Shown here in pieces: positions 19,157-27,990 of a stretch of DNA of 64,000 nt. Position 1 is the first letter of the stretch. Each line of letters begins with the position of its first letter. Under the pieces are notes generated by a model. It was not told where the DNA came from and searched no databases. It was given only the letters and a program-made list of their open reading frames with translations. This stretch comes from an uncultured Holophaga sp. Lineage in GTDB: Bacteria > Acidobacteriota > Holophagae > Holophagales > Holophagaceae. The stretch is from positions 1,152,001 to 1,216,000 of the forward strand of contig OY761614.1 of NCBI GenBank assembly GCA_963664825.1, read 5' to 3'. Position numbers and translations under genes: made by a program.

Positions 19157-19240
19157 GGCATCTATATTGCCGGAGCACTATTAGGCTTCCCTGTGCCCGA
19201 TGACCGCCCCATGATCTACGCCCTGTCTGGAGGCAACCCT

Positions 19241-19588
19241 ATGGGATTTAAGCTCGCCTGTTTCTCCTTCCTCACGACCTGCGCGGCACTGGTGGCGCAG
19301 GTTCCCGCGCGACCGGACATCTCCCCTGACGCAAGGGTTCGGGCGGCTTACTTCCTCCCGGATGCCAAGCTGAAGCCGGTCACGGACCCGGCATTCCTGA
19401 AGCTCTTCGGGAAGGAAAAGAAGGAGCATGTCTTCCAGGCATCCATCGTAGGGATGGACGGCAACGTGGCCTGGATCAAAAGCCCAAGACTGGAAGAGGC
19501 CACCCTCGGCGGCAAACCACAGCCCTACAGGTTCACGATCATGGTGGACCGCACACCAGCCGCCAGTGCCGAAGGAGCGCAGCGATGA
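19241..19588 (+). CDS. Small exported hypothetical protein
   Basis: RBS GGAGG; signal-peptide-like MGFKLACFSFLTTCAALVAQ; ATGA coupling to the next gene. Confidence 0.65.
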   Translation: MGFKLACFSFLTTCAALVAQVPARPDISPDARVRAAYFLPDAKLKPVTDPAFLKLFGKEKKEHVFQASIVGMDGNVAWIKSPRLEEATLGGKPQPYRFTIMVDRTPAASAEGAQR

Positions 19589-20157
19589 CCAACAACTGTC
19601 CAGAATGCGGAAGCGATCAGACTCAGGCCATCCGGATGGTGCTGGCCACCGGAACCCACGAAGGTGGAGGCATGACTCTGGGCTATGCCCCACGAGGAGG
19701 GTTCGGCATCGCCGGAACGGGGATGAACCTTCAGAGCACCCTAGCCGCGAAATACGATCCAGGAATGAAGCCCGCACGATTTGGAACAGTCCTTTTCCCG
19801 TTCCTTGGAGGGATCCTGGGCTTCATTGGAGTCGGCATGCTAATCGCCCTCCTCGCTAACCCACCGCAAGGGCCCAAAGAAATCCAGACGATCATCGTGC
19901 TGATCGCGATAGTGGTTTTCATCCTTCCGGCTATTCTCTGTTTCAAGGCTCTCATAGGCGGGAATGCACGGCATGAGAGCAATGTAGCCCGCTGGGAGGA
20001 GAAACGCCGGATCGCGGACCATGCTTGGGTTTGCCTGCGCTGTGGAAAAGACTGGATGCCGGGTGAAACGACGCCTCCGGTGATACCCAGGACACAGGAA
20101 ACGGCAAATGAGACTTGGAACTCACCTCTTCCGTCCCCACCTGACTTTGGGTCATGA
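19585..20157 (+). CDS. Hypothetical membrane protein, two TM helices between split CxxC pairs
   Basis: CPECG at N-terminus, two hydrophobic segments, CLRCG near C-terminus. Confidence 0.72.
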   Translation: MTNNCPECGSDQTQAIRMVLATGTHEGGGMTLGYAPRGGFGIAGTGMNLQSTLAAKYDPGMKPARFGTVLFPFLGGILGFIGVGMLIALLANPPQGPKEIQTIIVLIAIVVFILPAILCFKALIGGNARHESNVARWEEKRRIADHAWVCLRCGKDWMPGETTPPVIPRTQETANETWNSPLPSPPDFGS

Positions 20158-20541
20158 ATCACCACAAGAGCCGCCCCTCTGGGGGGCCTGAGGACCACCC
20201 CTGAGGCCAAAGCAACCACCGAAAGCCTCTTTCTGTGAGCCCATTTTCCAATTAGTCCCAGTTGGCTGGATGTCACCAGAAAGTGCAATTCCCACGCAGT
20301 CCACACCAGGGGAGCGATTCATTCGTGGTGCGAGTTGGTCGTTTATTTGCATCATTAAACCCCCTGCTTGCCCTTGTTGACGGGCCCCGTGCCAAGGCCC
20401 CATCACAGGGCCCTAAAAGCATGGCCGTGGATTGCCACTGATTTCGCCCTTGCACGTTTCCAGGAGCATCGGGTTAGGTTCCCGACATGCCCTTCGGTAG
20501 GCCACGCGCTACCATCAGGTATGCTTCTCTAAGGGAAATTC

Positions 20542-23500
20542 ATGTCCGCTCTCGCAGTGCTGCTGTCCTCATTCCGTCAAGCCGCCGTCACCGAGCGCGA
20601 GAAGGGCACCTACTTCGAGGAGCTGACTCTCGCTTACCTGCGCAACGAGCCCAGCTATCGGGACTACTACAGCGACGTGTGGACCTATACGGAATGGGCC
20701 AAGAGCCAGGGACTGGACGGCAAGGACGCGGGCATCGACCTCGTGGCCAGGGCGGCCGGGACGGGCGAGTTCCACGCCATCCAGTGCAAGTTCTATGCGC
20801 CGGACTACAAGGTGCAAAAGGCTGACATCGACAGCTTCTTCACGGCCTCGGGCAAGAAAATATTCACTCATCGCATCATCGTCGCCACCACCAACTTGTG
20901 GAGCGAACACGCTGAAGATGCCCTCCGGGACCAGCAGCCACCCGTCACCAAGATCGACCTCCAGGCCTTGGAAGAGAGCCAGATCGACTGGTCCCAGTTC
21001 AAGCCGAAGGCCGCGCCAGTCCTGAAGCCCAAGAAGCAGCTCCGCCCCCACCAGGTTGATGCCTTCAAAACCGTTACCTCCGGCCTACTTGAAGCGGCTC
21101 GCGGCAAGCTCATCATGGCCTGCGGCACCGGCAAGACCTTCACTAGCCTCAAGATCGCCGAAGCTTTGGCGGGCAAGGGCAAGCGTGTGCTCTTCCTGGT
21201 GCCGAGCCTCGCCCTGCTCTCCCAGGCCTTGACGGAGTGGACCCAGGAAAGTGGCACGCCCCTCCACAGCTTTGCCGTGTGCTCCGACAGCGATGTGGGC
21301 AAGAAACGGAATAGTGACGAAGACATCGTCCAGACCTTCACCCACGAGCTGCGCTATCCGGCCACCACGGAACCATCGCGGCTGGCTGCGGAGATGGCCA
21401 AGCGTCAGGACGCTGGGCACATGAGCGTGGTGTTCAGCACCTATCACAGCATTGAGGTCATCCATCAGGCCCAGCATGACCACGGGCTGGAGGCCTTCGA
21501 CCTGATTGTGTGCGACGAGGCTCACCGCACCACCGGGGCCACCTTTGGCGACCAGGACGAGAGCGCCTTTGTGCGGGTTCACGACGCCGACTACATCCGG
21601 GCCGCCAAGCGGCTCTACATGACGGCGACCCCTCGCATCTACGGGGACGGCGCCAAGGCCGCTGCCGAGAAAAACGACATTGCTATCTGCTCCATGGATG
21701 ACGAGGCCCTCTACGGCAAACAGCTTCACGTCATCACCTTCTCGGAAGCCGTGAAGCGCGGGCTCCTGGTGGATTACAAGGTGCTGGTGCTGGCGGTGGA
21801 GGAATCCCACATCAGCCGGAGCCTTCAGAAGCTCCTGGCCGATGGAGATAACCAGCTTCGGGTGGATGATGCCGCCAAGATCGTGGGCTGCTGGAAGGCC
21901 CTGGCCAAGCAAGGCGTGACTCACGACCTCAACGGGGACGAATCCCCTATGAAGCGGGCCGTGGCCTTCTGCCAGGTCATCGAGCCTGGAGGCCCCAAGG
22001 CCAAGACCCACAAGGTCAGCTCCAAGAACATCGCGGGCATGTTCCAGGCCGTGGTCGAGGCGTATCAGGCACAGGAGGAGATTGAAGAAACCAGCCGCCT
22101 GATCTGTGAGGCCGCCCATGTGGACGGCAGCATGAACGCCACAGAGAAGGAAGCCAAGCTCAACTGGCTGAAGGCTGATAGCCCAGAGAACACCTGCCGC
22201 ATCCTCAGCAATGTCCGCTGCCTATCCGAAGGCGTGGACGTGCCAGCCCTGGACGCCGTGCTCTTCCTCACGCCACGGAACTCCCAGGTGGATGTGGTGC
22301 AGTCCGTGGGCCGCGTCATGCGCAACGCCCCAGGCAAGAAGCGGGGCTACGTCATCCTCCCCGTCGTCATCCCCGCTGGAGTCGAGCCCCACGAGGCCCT
22401 GAACGACAACAGGACCTATGCCGTGGTCTGGCAGGCTCTCCAGGCCCTCCGCTCCCATGACGACCGCTTCGACGCCATGATCAACAAGCTGGAGCTGAAC
22501 GGCCCGGACCCCCGGAAGATGGAAGTCATCGCCGTGTGCGGCAAGGTGCCCACCAAGGTCAGCAAGGGATGTTCAGCCAGCCAAAAGAAGCTGCCCCGCC
22601 AAGGCTCGCAAACCATCGGCGTGGCGGAGACTCCCGTGGCCTACCAGGCGCCTCTACCCTTCGAGATCGGCGAGATCGAACGGGCCATCTACGCCAAGGT
22701 GGTCCAGAAGTGTGGCAACCGGCACCACTGGGAGGAATGGGCGGGCGACATCGCGAGGATCGCTCGCACCCACATCGACCGCATCACCGCCATCCTGGAG
22801 GCTCCCGAGCACAGAAAGGAGCAGGCTGCCTTTAAGGCCTTCGCCGACGAGCTGCGGGATGATCTGAATGACAGCATCACAAATGCCGAAGTGGTCGAGA
22901 TGCTGGCCCAGCACCTCATCACCAAGCCCGTCTTCGATTCCCTGTTCTCCGGATACAGCTTCGCGAGTCAGAACCCTATCTCCCAGGCCATGCAGGGCGT
23001 TCTGGATGTGCTCCAAGAACACCGGCTGGAAAAGGGAACCGGCACACTGGAGGCCTTCTACGAAAGCGTGAGGATGCGAGCGGACGGCATCGAGAACGCC
23101 GAGGGCAAGCAGAAGATCGTCGTGGAGCTATACGACAAGTTCTTCCGCAACGCCTTCCCGAAGATGACCGAGCGCCTGGGCATCGTATACACGCCGGTAG
23201 AGGTGGTGGACTTCATCCTCCACAGCGTGAACCACCTGCTGAAGACCGAGTTCGGACAGACCCTGGGCAGCAAGGGCGTCCATATCATCGACCCCTTCAC
23301 CGGCACGGGCACCTTCATCACCCGTCTGCTCCAGAGCGGCCTCATCCAGCCGGGCGAACTGGAGCACAAGTATCGCCACGAGATCCACGCCAACGAGATC
23401 GTGCTGCTGGCCTACTACATCGCCGCCATCAACATCGAAGCCACCTACCACGACCTAGCGGGCGGGGCATACGTCCCCTTCGAGGGCATCTGCCTCACCG

Positions 23501-25476
23501 ACACCTTCCAGCTCTACGAGAAGGAAGACATGATCAGCGCCCTGCTGGCAGATAACAGCGACCGGCGGAAGCGACAGAAGGATCTGGATATACGGGTGAT
23601 CGTGGGGAATCCGCCGTATTCCGCCAAGCAGGAGAGCGCCAACGACAATAACGCCAACGTGGCCTACCCCAGTCTGGACGAACGCATCCGAGCCACCTAC
23701 GCCGCCAGATCCACCGCCACCAACAAGAACGCCCTCTACGACAGCTACATCCGGGCCATCCGCTGGGCCAGTGACCGCATCGGGAAGAGCGGCATCATCG
23801 GGTTCGTAACCAACGCGGGATGGGTGGAAGCCAACACCGCAGCCGGACTCCGCAAGTGCTTGGTCGAGGAGTTCTCCTCCATTCATGTCTTCCACCTCCG
23901 GGGCAACCAGCGAACCCAGGGGGAGTTGTCACGCAGGGAAGGAGGAAAGATTTTCGGCGGGGGTAGCCGCGCCCCCATCGCCATCTCCTTCCTTGTGAAG
24001 AACCCCGCCGCGAATAAGCAGGGCCAGATCCGCTTCCACGACATCGGTGACTACCTAAGCCGCGAAGAAAAGCTTCAAAAAATCATCGAGTTTCAGGACA
24101 TCGCGGGGATCGAGAGCGCCAAAGGTTGGCAGGCCATCGCCCCTGATGACCACGGGGACTGGCTCAAGCAGCGTGATGACAGCTTCGGTGAGTTCATCGC
24201 TATCGGGGACAAGGAGAACGTGGGGGCAAAGGCACTGTTTGAGAATTACTCACGTGGCCTTGAAACAGCTCGAGATCCTTGGGTTTTCAATATGTCCCGT
24301 GAAGCGCTGATTTTGAACATGAAACGCATGATTGCTTGTTACAACATGCAAGTTGCTTCCTTCGAGAGAGAACACACTGGTCTAGATCGCAAATCGAAAG
24401 CTGAAATTGCCGGGAATTACATCGAAACAGACTCAACTCAAATTAGTTGGTCAAGCAGCCTTGTGGCACATCTAGTTTCTTCAAAAAGAGCGGAGTTTGA
24501 GACTACGAGATTAACGAAATCTCTATACAGACCCTATTCGAAGCAATGGGTTTATTACGACGGGATGTTCAACCATCGAGTTGGCCAAATGCCGAGCATA
24601 TTCCCAAATGCAGATGCTGAAAATTTGATAATCATGACAAAGGGAAATTGGAAAGGGGACGGCCAATTCGCAATAATCAGTAATTCCATAGCGGCACTCC
24701 AGGTTGATGGTGGCTCTCAGTGTTTCCCCCTCTACCTCTACGACGAGCCCACCAAGGGCACCCAGCCCGGCCTCTTCGACGAGGAGCCTCCCCAGCCCAC
24801 CCGCCGGGACGCCATCACGGACGAGGGCCTGGCTCACTTCCAGGCTGCCTATTCCGGAGAGAAGCTCACCAAGGAAGACCTCTTCTACTACGTCTACGGC
24901 CTGCTCCACTCCTCTGACTACCGCATGGCCTACGCCGACAACCTGGGCAAAGAGCTACCTCGCATCCCCTGCGTGAAGGAGGCCAACGCCTTCTGGGCCT
25001 TCTCCAAGGCGGGCCGCGCCCTGGCCGACCTCCATCTCAACTACGAAACGGTGAAGCCCCACCCCGTCGAGATGGTGGCCACGGGCCACCTTACCGATGC
25101 CGCCTACCGCGTGGAGAAGATGCGCTACGGCAAGACCAAGGTGGACGGCAGGGCCGTGGAGGACAAGACCACCCTGATCTACAACGACCACATCACCCTC
25201 AAGGGCATCCCCCTGGAGGCCTACGACTACGTGGTCAACGGCAAGAGCGCCCTGGATTGGGTCGTGGAGCGCCAGTGTGTGAAGACCGACAAGGACTCGG
25301 GCATCGTCAACGACGCCAACGCCTGGGCGTGTGAAACCATGGGCAACCCCAAATACCCCCTGGAACTCTTCATGCGCGTCATCACCGTCAGCCTGGAGAC
25401 CCAGAAGATCGTGAAGGGGCTCCCGCCATTGACGTCGATGGGAATTGCCAAATCTGCCAATCAAGATGATGATTAA
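20542..25476 (+). CDS. Type ISP single-polypeptide restriction-modification enzyme (LlaGI/LlaBIII-like)
   Basis: Mrr-type nuclease (GIDLVA...AIQCK), SF2 helicase (MACGTGKT, DEAH, QSVGRVMR), MTase (DPFTGTG, GNPPY), C-terminal TRD; 1644 aa. Confidence 0.95.
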   Translation: MSALAVLLSSFRQAAVTEREKGTYFEELTLAYLRNEPSYRDYYSDVWTYTEWAKSQGLDGKDAGIDLVARAAGTGEFHAIQCKFYAPDYKVQKADIDSFFTASGKKIFTHRIIVATTNLWSEHAEDALRDQQPPVTKIDLQALEESQIDWSQFKPKAAPVLKPKKQLRPHQVDAFKTVTSGLLEAARGKLIMACGTGKTFTSLKIAEALAGKGKRVLFLVPSLALLSQALTEWTQESGTPLHSFAVCSDSDVGKKRNSDEDIVQTFTHELRYPATTEPSRLAAEMAKRQDAGHMSVVFSTYHSIEVIHQAQHDHGLEAFDLIVCDEAHRTTGATFGDQDESAFVRVHDADYIRAAKRLYMTATPRIYGDGAKAAAEKNDIAICSMDDEALYGKQLHVITFSEAVKRGLLVDYKVLVLAVEESHISRSLQKLLADGDNQLRVDDAAKIVGCWKALAKQGVTHDLNGDESPMKRAVAFCQVIEPGGPKAKTHKVSSKNIAGMFQAVVEAYQAQEEIEETSRLICEAAHVDGSMNATEKEAKLNWLKADSPENTCRILSNVRCLSEGVDVPALDAVLFLTPRNSQVDVVQSVGRVMRNAPGKKRGYVILPVVIPAGVEPHEALNDNRTYAVVWQALQALRSHDDRFDAMINKLELNGPDPRKMEVIAVCGKVPTKVSKGCSASQKKLPRQGSQTIGVAETPVAYQAPLPFEIGEIERAIYAKVVQKCGNRHHWEEWAGDIARIARTHIDRITAILEAPEHRKEQAAFKAFADELRDDLNDSITNAEVVEMLAQHLITKPVFDSLFSGYSFASQNPISQAMQGVLDVLQEHRLEKGTGTLEAFYESVRMRADGIENAEGKQKIVVELYDKFFRNAFPKMTERLGIVYTPVEVVDFILHSVNHLLKTEFGQTLGSKGVHIIDPFTGTGTFITRLLQSGLIQPGELEHKYRHEIHANEIVLLAYYIAAINIEATYHDLAGGAYVPFEGICLTDTFQLYEKEDMISALLADNSDRRKRQKDLDIRVIVGNPPYSAKQESANDNNANVAYPSLDERIRATYAARSTATNKNALYDSYIRAIRWASDRIGKSGIIGFVTNAGWVEANTAAGLRKCLVEEFSSIHVFHLRGNQRTQGELSRREGGKIFGGGSRAPIAISFLVKNPAANKQGQIRFHDIGDYLSREEKLQKIIEFQDIAGIESAKGWQAIAPDDHGDWLKQRDDSFGEFIAIGDKENVGAKALFENYSRGLETARDPWVFNMSREALILNMKRMIACYNMQVASFEREHTGLDRKSKAEIAGNYIETDSTQISWSSSLVAHLVSSKRAEFETTRLTKSLYRPYSKQWVYYDGMFNHRVGQMPSIFPNADAENLIIMTKGNWKGDGQFAIISNSIAALQVDGGSQCFPLYLYDEPTKGTQPGLFDEEPPQPTRRDAITDEGLAHFQAAYSGEKLTKEDLFYYVYGLLHSSDYRMAYADNLGKELPRIPCVKEANAFWAFSKAGRALADLHLNYETVKPHPVEMVATGHLTDAAYRVEKMRYGKTKVDGRAVEDKTTLIYNDHITLKGIPLEAYDYVVNGKSALDWVVERQCVKTDKDSGIVNDANAWACETMGNPKYPLELFMRVITVSLETQKIVKGLPPLTSMGIAKSANQDDD

Positions 25477-25504
25477 ACGTCACTAACAATTTAGGAGTCC
25501 AGCA

Positions 25505-27442
25505 ATGGCCCTATACGATTTATCAGTTGATCGCGACCACATTACAAGCTTGTCGAAGGGTAGTCCTATCCTTGCGATTGCCGAATTACTTTGGAATGCC
25601 TGGGACGCAGACGCCAAAAACATAGTTGTGAAAATTGCGAGGACCGGGCTCAATGGTATTGAAAAAATAACAGTTACAGATGACGGCAATGGTCTTGAAG
25701 GAAAAGACCCAGAACCTCTATTTACTAAAATTGGTGGTAGTTGGAAAAATTTAGCAAAAAGAACCCCGACTGGAAGACCGCTTCACGGAGAGCGTGGGAG
25801 GGGGAGACTCAAGGCACTTTCGATTGGAGACCAAATTCGCTGGCAAATACCAGACAGATCTTCAAAAAAACTTCATCAGATATCCCTTAACGCAGGAACA
25901 ATAAATAAAATTGAATTAAGTAGTGTTGATATAGAAGATAGTTCAGAACGAAAATCTGTTGTAGAAATTACAGAAATTGGAGACAGGGCTGGAGAACTAT
26001 TAAATAGAGACAAGGTAGAATCTATTCTTGCAATTCATTTCGCGCTATCAATAAAAAATTATCCAATTGTTTCGATCAAATTTGACGGCAAAAAAATTGA
26101 CCCATCCATATTGATTGAGGAAAGCACTTCAATTCCCATTCCAATTATCCATGAAGGTAAGGCATACAATCCAATTCTTGAGATCATTCACTGGAAGCAT
26201 AAAACAGAAAGAAAACTATATATTTGCGACTACAAAGGTAGAATTCTTAACGATACAGATGTAAAACTAAAACCAGGGTCAGAGTTTAATTTTTGCGCAT
26301 ATATTAGGTCTGATGAATTTCTTGATTCGATTGGCGATTCAAACGACATAATTATATCAGGCGGTCTGTGCAATAAAATCCTTGAAGAGGCCAGGGATCA
26401 AATGCGCACCTATTTTAGAGAAAAGAAAGCCTTAGCTGCGTCCGGATTGGTTAAATCCTGGAAGGATGAGGGCATATATCCCTTTGAAGAGGACTCAAAT
26501 GACCCTGTAGAAGTAGTCAAGCGTCAAGTTTTTGACATCTGCGCCTACAACATAAACGAATACTTAGATGGTTTTTCGAACCATGATACACAATCTAGAC
26601 AACTCACTTTTTATATGCTTAGCGAAGCAATTAATGAACATCCATCAGCACTGAAGCGCATATTTGAAAAAGTGTTGAAACTGCCAAAGGACAAGCTAGA
26701 AGACCTTGCGGACATATTTGACCAGGCTGATATTGGCAAAGTCCTTGAGGCAACCCAAATGTCTCTTGGAAGACTTGCATTCCTTGACGGATTAAATGCT
26801 CTTATTTTTAACGACGAAAATTCAAAGCTATTGGGAGAAAAACACCACCTACACGCCATGCTGGAGCACGAACCATGGGTGTTTGGTGAGGAATATGCCC
26901 TTGCGGCAAGCGAAGTGACGCTTACTACACTACTTAAAAGGCACCTACCCAAGCTGAGGCCTGGCGAAAAAATAAAGGATGTCAAATCAACAACTGGGAA
27001 GTCACTTCGAATAGATATGCTTCTTGGGTGTGAGATTGGGACAGGTTCAAAAGAATTTAAGGAATTTCTCGTTGTCGAACTTAAAAGACCAAGCGTAGTG
27101 ATCGGACTTAAAGAACAAAATCAATTACAGGAATATGCCCACGCTGTGTCAGAGGATCCTCAATTTGACAAAAAGAACACAAAGTGGACTTTTATCATTG
27201 TGAGTAAGGATTTGCATCCAATTATTGAAAAAGCTGTTGCGCAAGATCATTTACCTCCAGGTTTCTTTCAGGCAAATTCGAACCTTAAAATCGGCGCAAT
27301 GACTTGGGGACAAATTCTCACTAGAAGCCGCGCTCGCCTTCAGTGGTATAGAGAGGCCATGAGTTTCGATCTAAATGAATCTCAAGCTCTTGATTACATG
27401 CGGAAAAAATATAGCGAATACTTACCATCTAAGCTAAAATAA
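25505..27442 (+). CDS. GHKL (HATPase_c-like) ATPase fused to a C-terminal PD-(D/E)xK-type nuclease; AT-rich
   Basis: AELLWNAWDADA, TDDGNG, HGERGRGR; C-terminal PWVFGEEY...RIDML...VVELKRP...QLQEY; RBS AGGAG. Confidence 0.82.
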   Translation: MALYDLSVDRDHITSLSKGSPILAIAELLWNAWDADAKNIVVKIARTGLNGIEKITVTDDGNGLEGKDPEPLFTKIGGSWKNLAKRTPTGRPLHGERGRGRLKALSIGDQIRWQIPDRSSKKLHQISLNAGTINKIELSSVDIEDSSERKSVVEITEIGDRAGELLNRDKVESILAIHFALSIKNYPIVSIKFDGKKIDPSILIEESTSIPIPIIHEGKAYNPILEIIHWKHKTERKLYICDYKGRILNDTDVKLKPGSEFNFCAYIRSDEFLDSIGDSNDIIISGGLCNKILEEARDQMRTYFREKKALAASGLVKSWKDEGIYPFEEDSNDPVEVVKRQVFDICAYNINEYLDGFSNHDTQSRQLTFYMLSEAINEHPSALKRIFEKVLKLPKDKLEDLADIFDQADIGKVLEATQMSLGRLAFLDGLNALIFNDENSKLLGEKHHLHAMLEHEPWVFGEEYALAASEVTLTTLLKRHLPKLRPGEKIKDVKSTTGKSLRIDMLLGCEIGTGSKEFKEFLVVELKRPSVVIGLKEQNQLQEYAHAVSEDPQFDKKNTKWTFIIVSKDLHPIIEKAVAQDHLPPGFFQANSNLKIGAMTWGQILTRSRARLQWYREAMSFDLNESQALDYMRKKYSEYLPSKLK

Positions 27443-27932
27443 TTGTCGTGAATATAAATTAATTCACCAAATAATCAATACGTGCCAGCACTTTTTATAT
27501 GTTTTTTGCATTTTATCATCCCCAATCAAATGTCGTTTACTCGACGTAGGGTGCGAAAAGGGATGGACACGCCAGCTAGGCCAGTCGGGCACCAGGCCCG
27601 ACGAGCCGCATCGAAGACAGCGATGCGCTCGGCTGATACACCGTGAAAGTTGGTGGTGAGACAGCCCCATGGCCGCGCCCGTGGGAAGTCCCAGTAGGCC
27701 GCCAGCGTGGGCCAGTGCTCGCTCTACTGGGGGTAAGGCGGCTGTAGAGGTTGAGGAGACTCTGGGCCTGTTCTTGCGTGTAGTGAGCTTGTGGCAAAGT
27801 GCCCTCCCAATACTGAGCCCCTTCCATCATGAACAGAATTCAGCGCACAGACAGCAGGAGACCCCACACACAGGCATGGAGCCTCCTTTCAGGCTGGGTT
27901 GTCGCCGTGAATCGGACCCTGCACTTCATCCA

Positions 27933-27990
27933 TGTCCCAAGTGCCCCAGCCGGCCCAGATTAAGTCGTAGCGAAGGCTTCCGATGGGACA
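27933..27990. repeat. Iteron-like TGTCCCA-type repeats at the 3' end of the primase gene
   Basis: TGTCCCA, TGCCCCA, CGGCCCA at 9-bp spacing (27933, 27942, 27951) plus inverted TGGGACA at 27984. Confidence 0.55.

Noticed and set aside
27827..27877. 16-codon Cys-rich ORF MPVCGVSCCLCAEFCS after a strong AAAGGAGG on the minus strand
   Set aside because: Too short to support; could be a pseudogene start or small peptide; no SECIS or homology evidence visible
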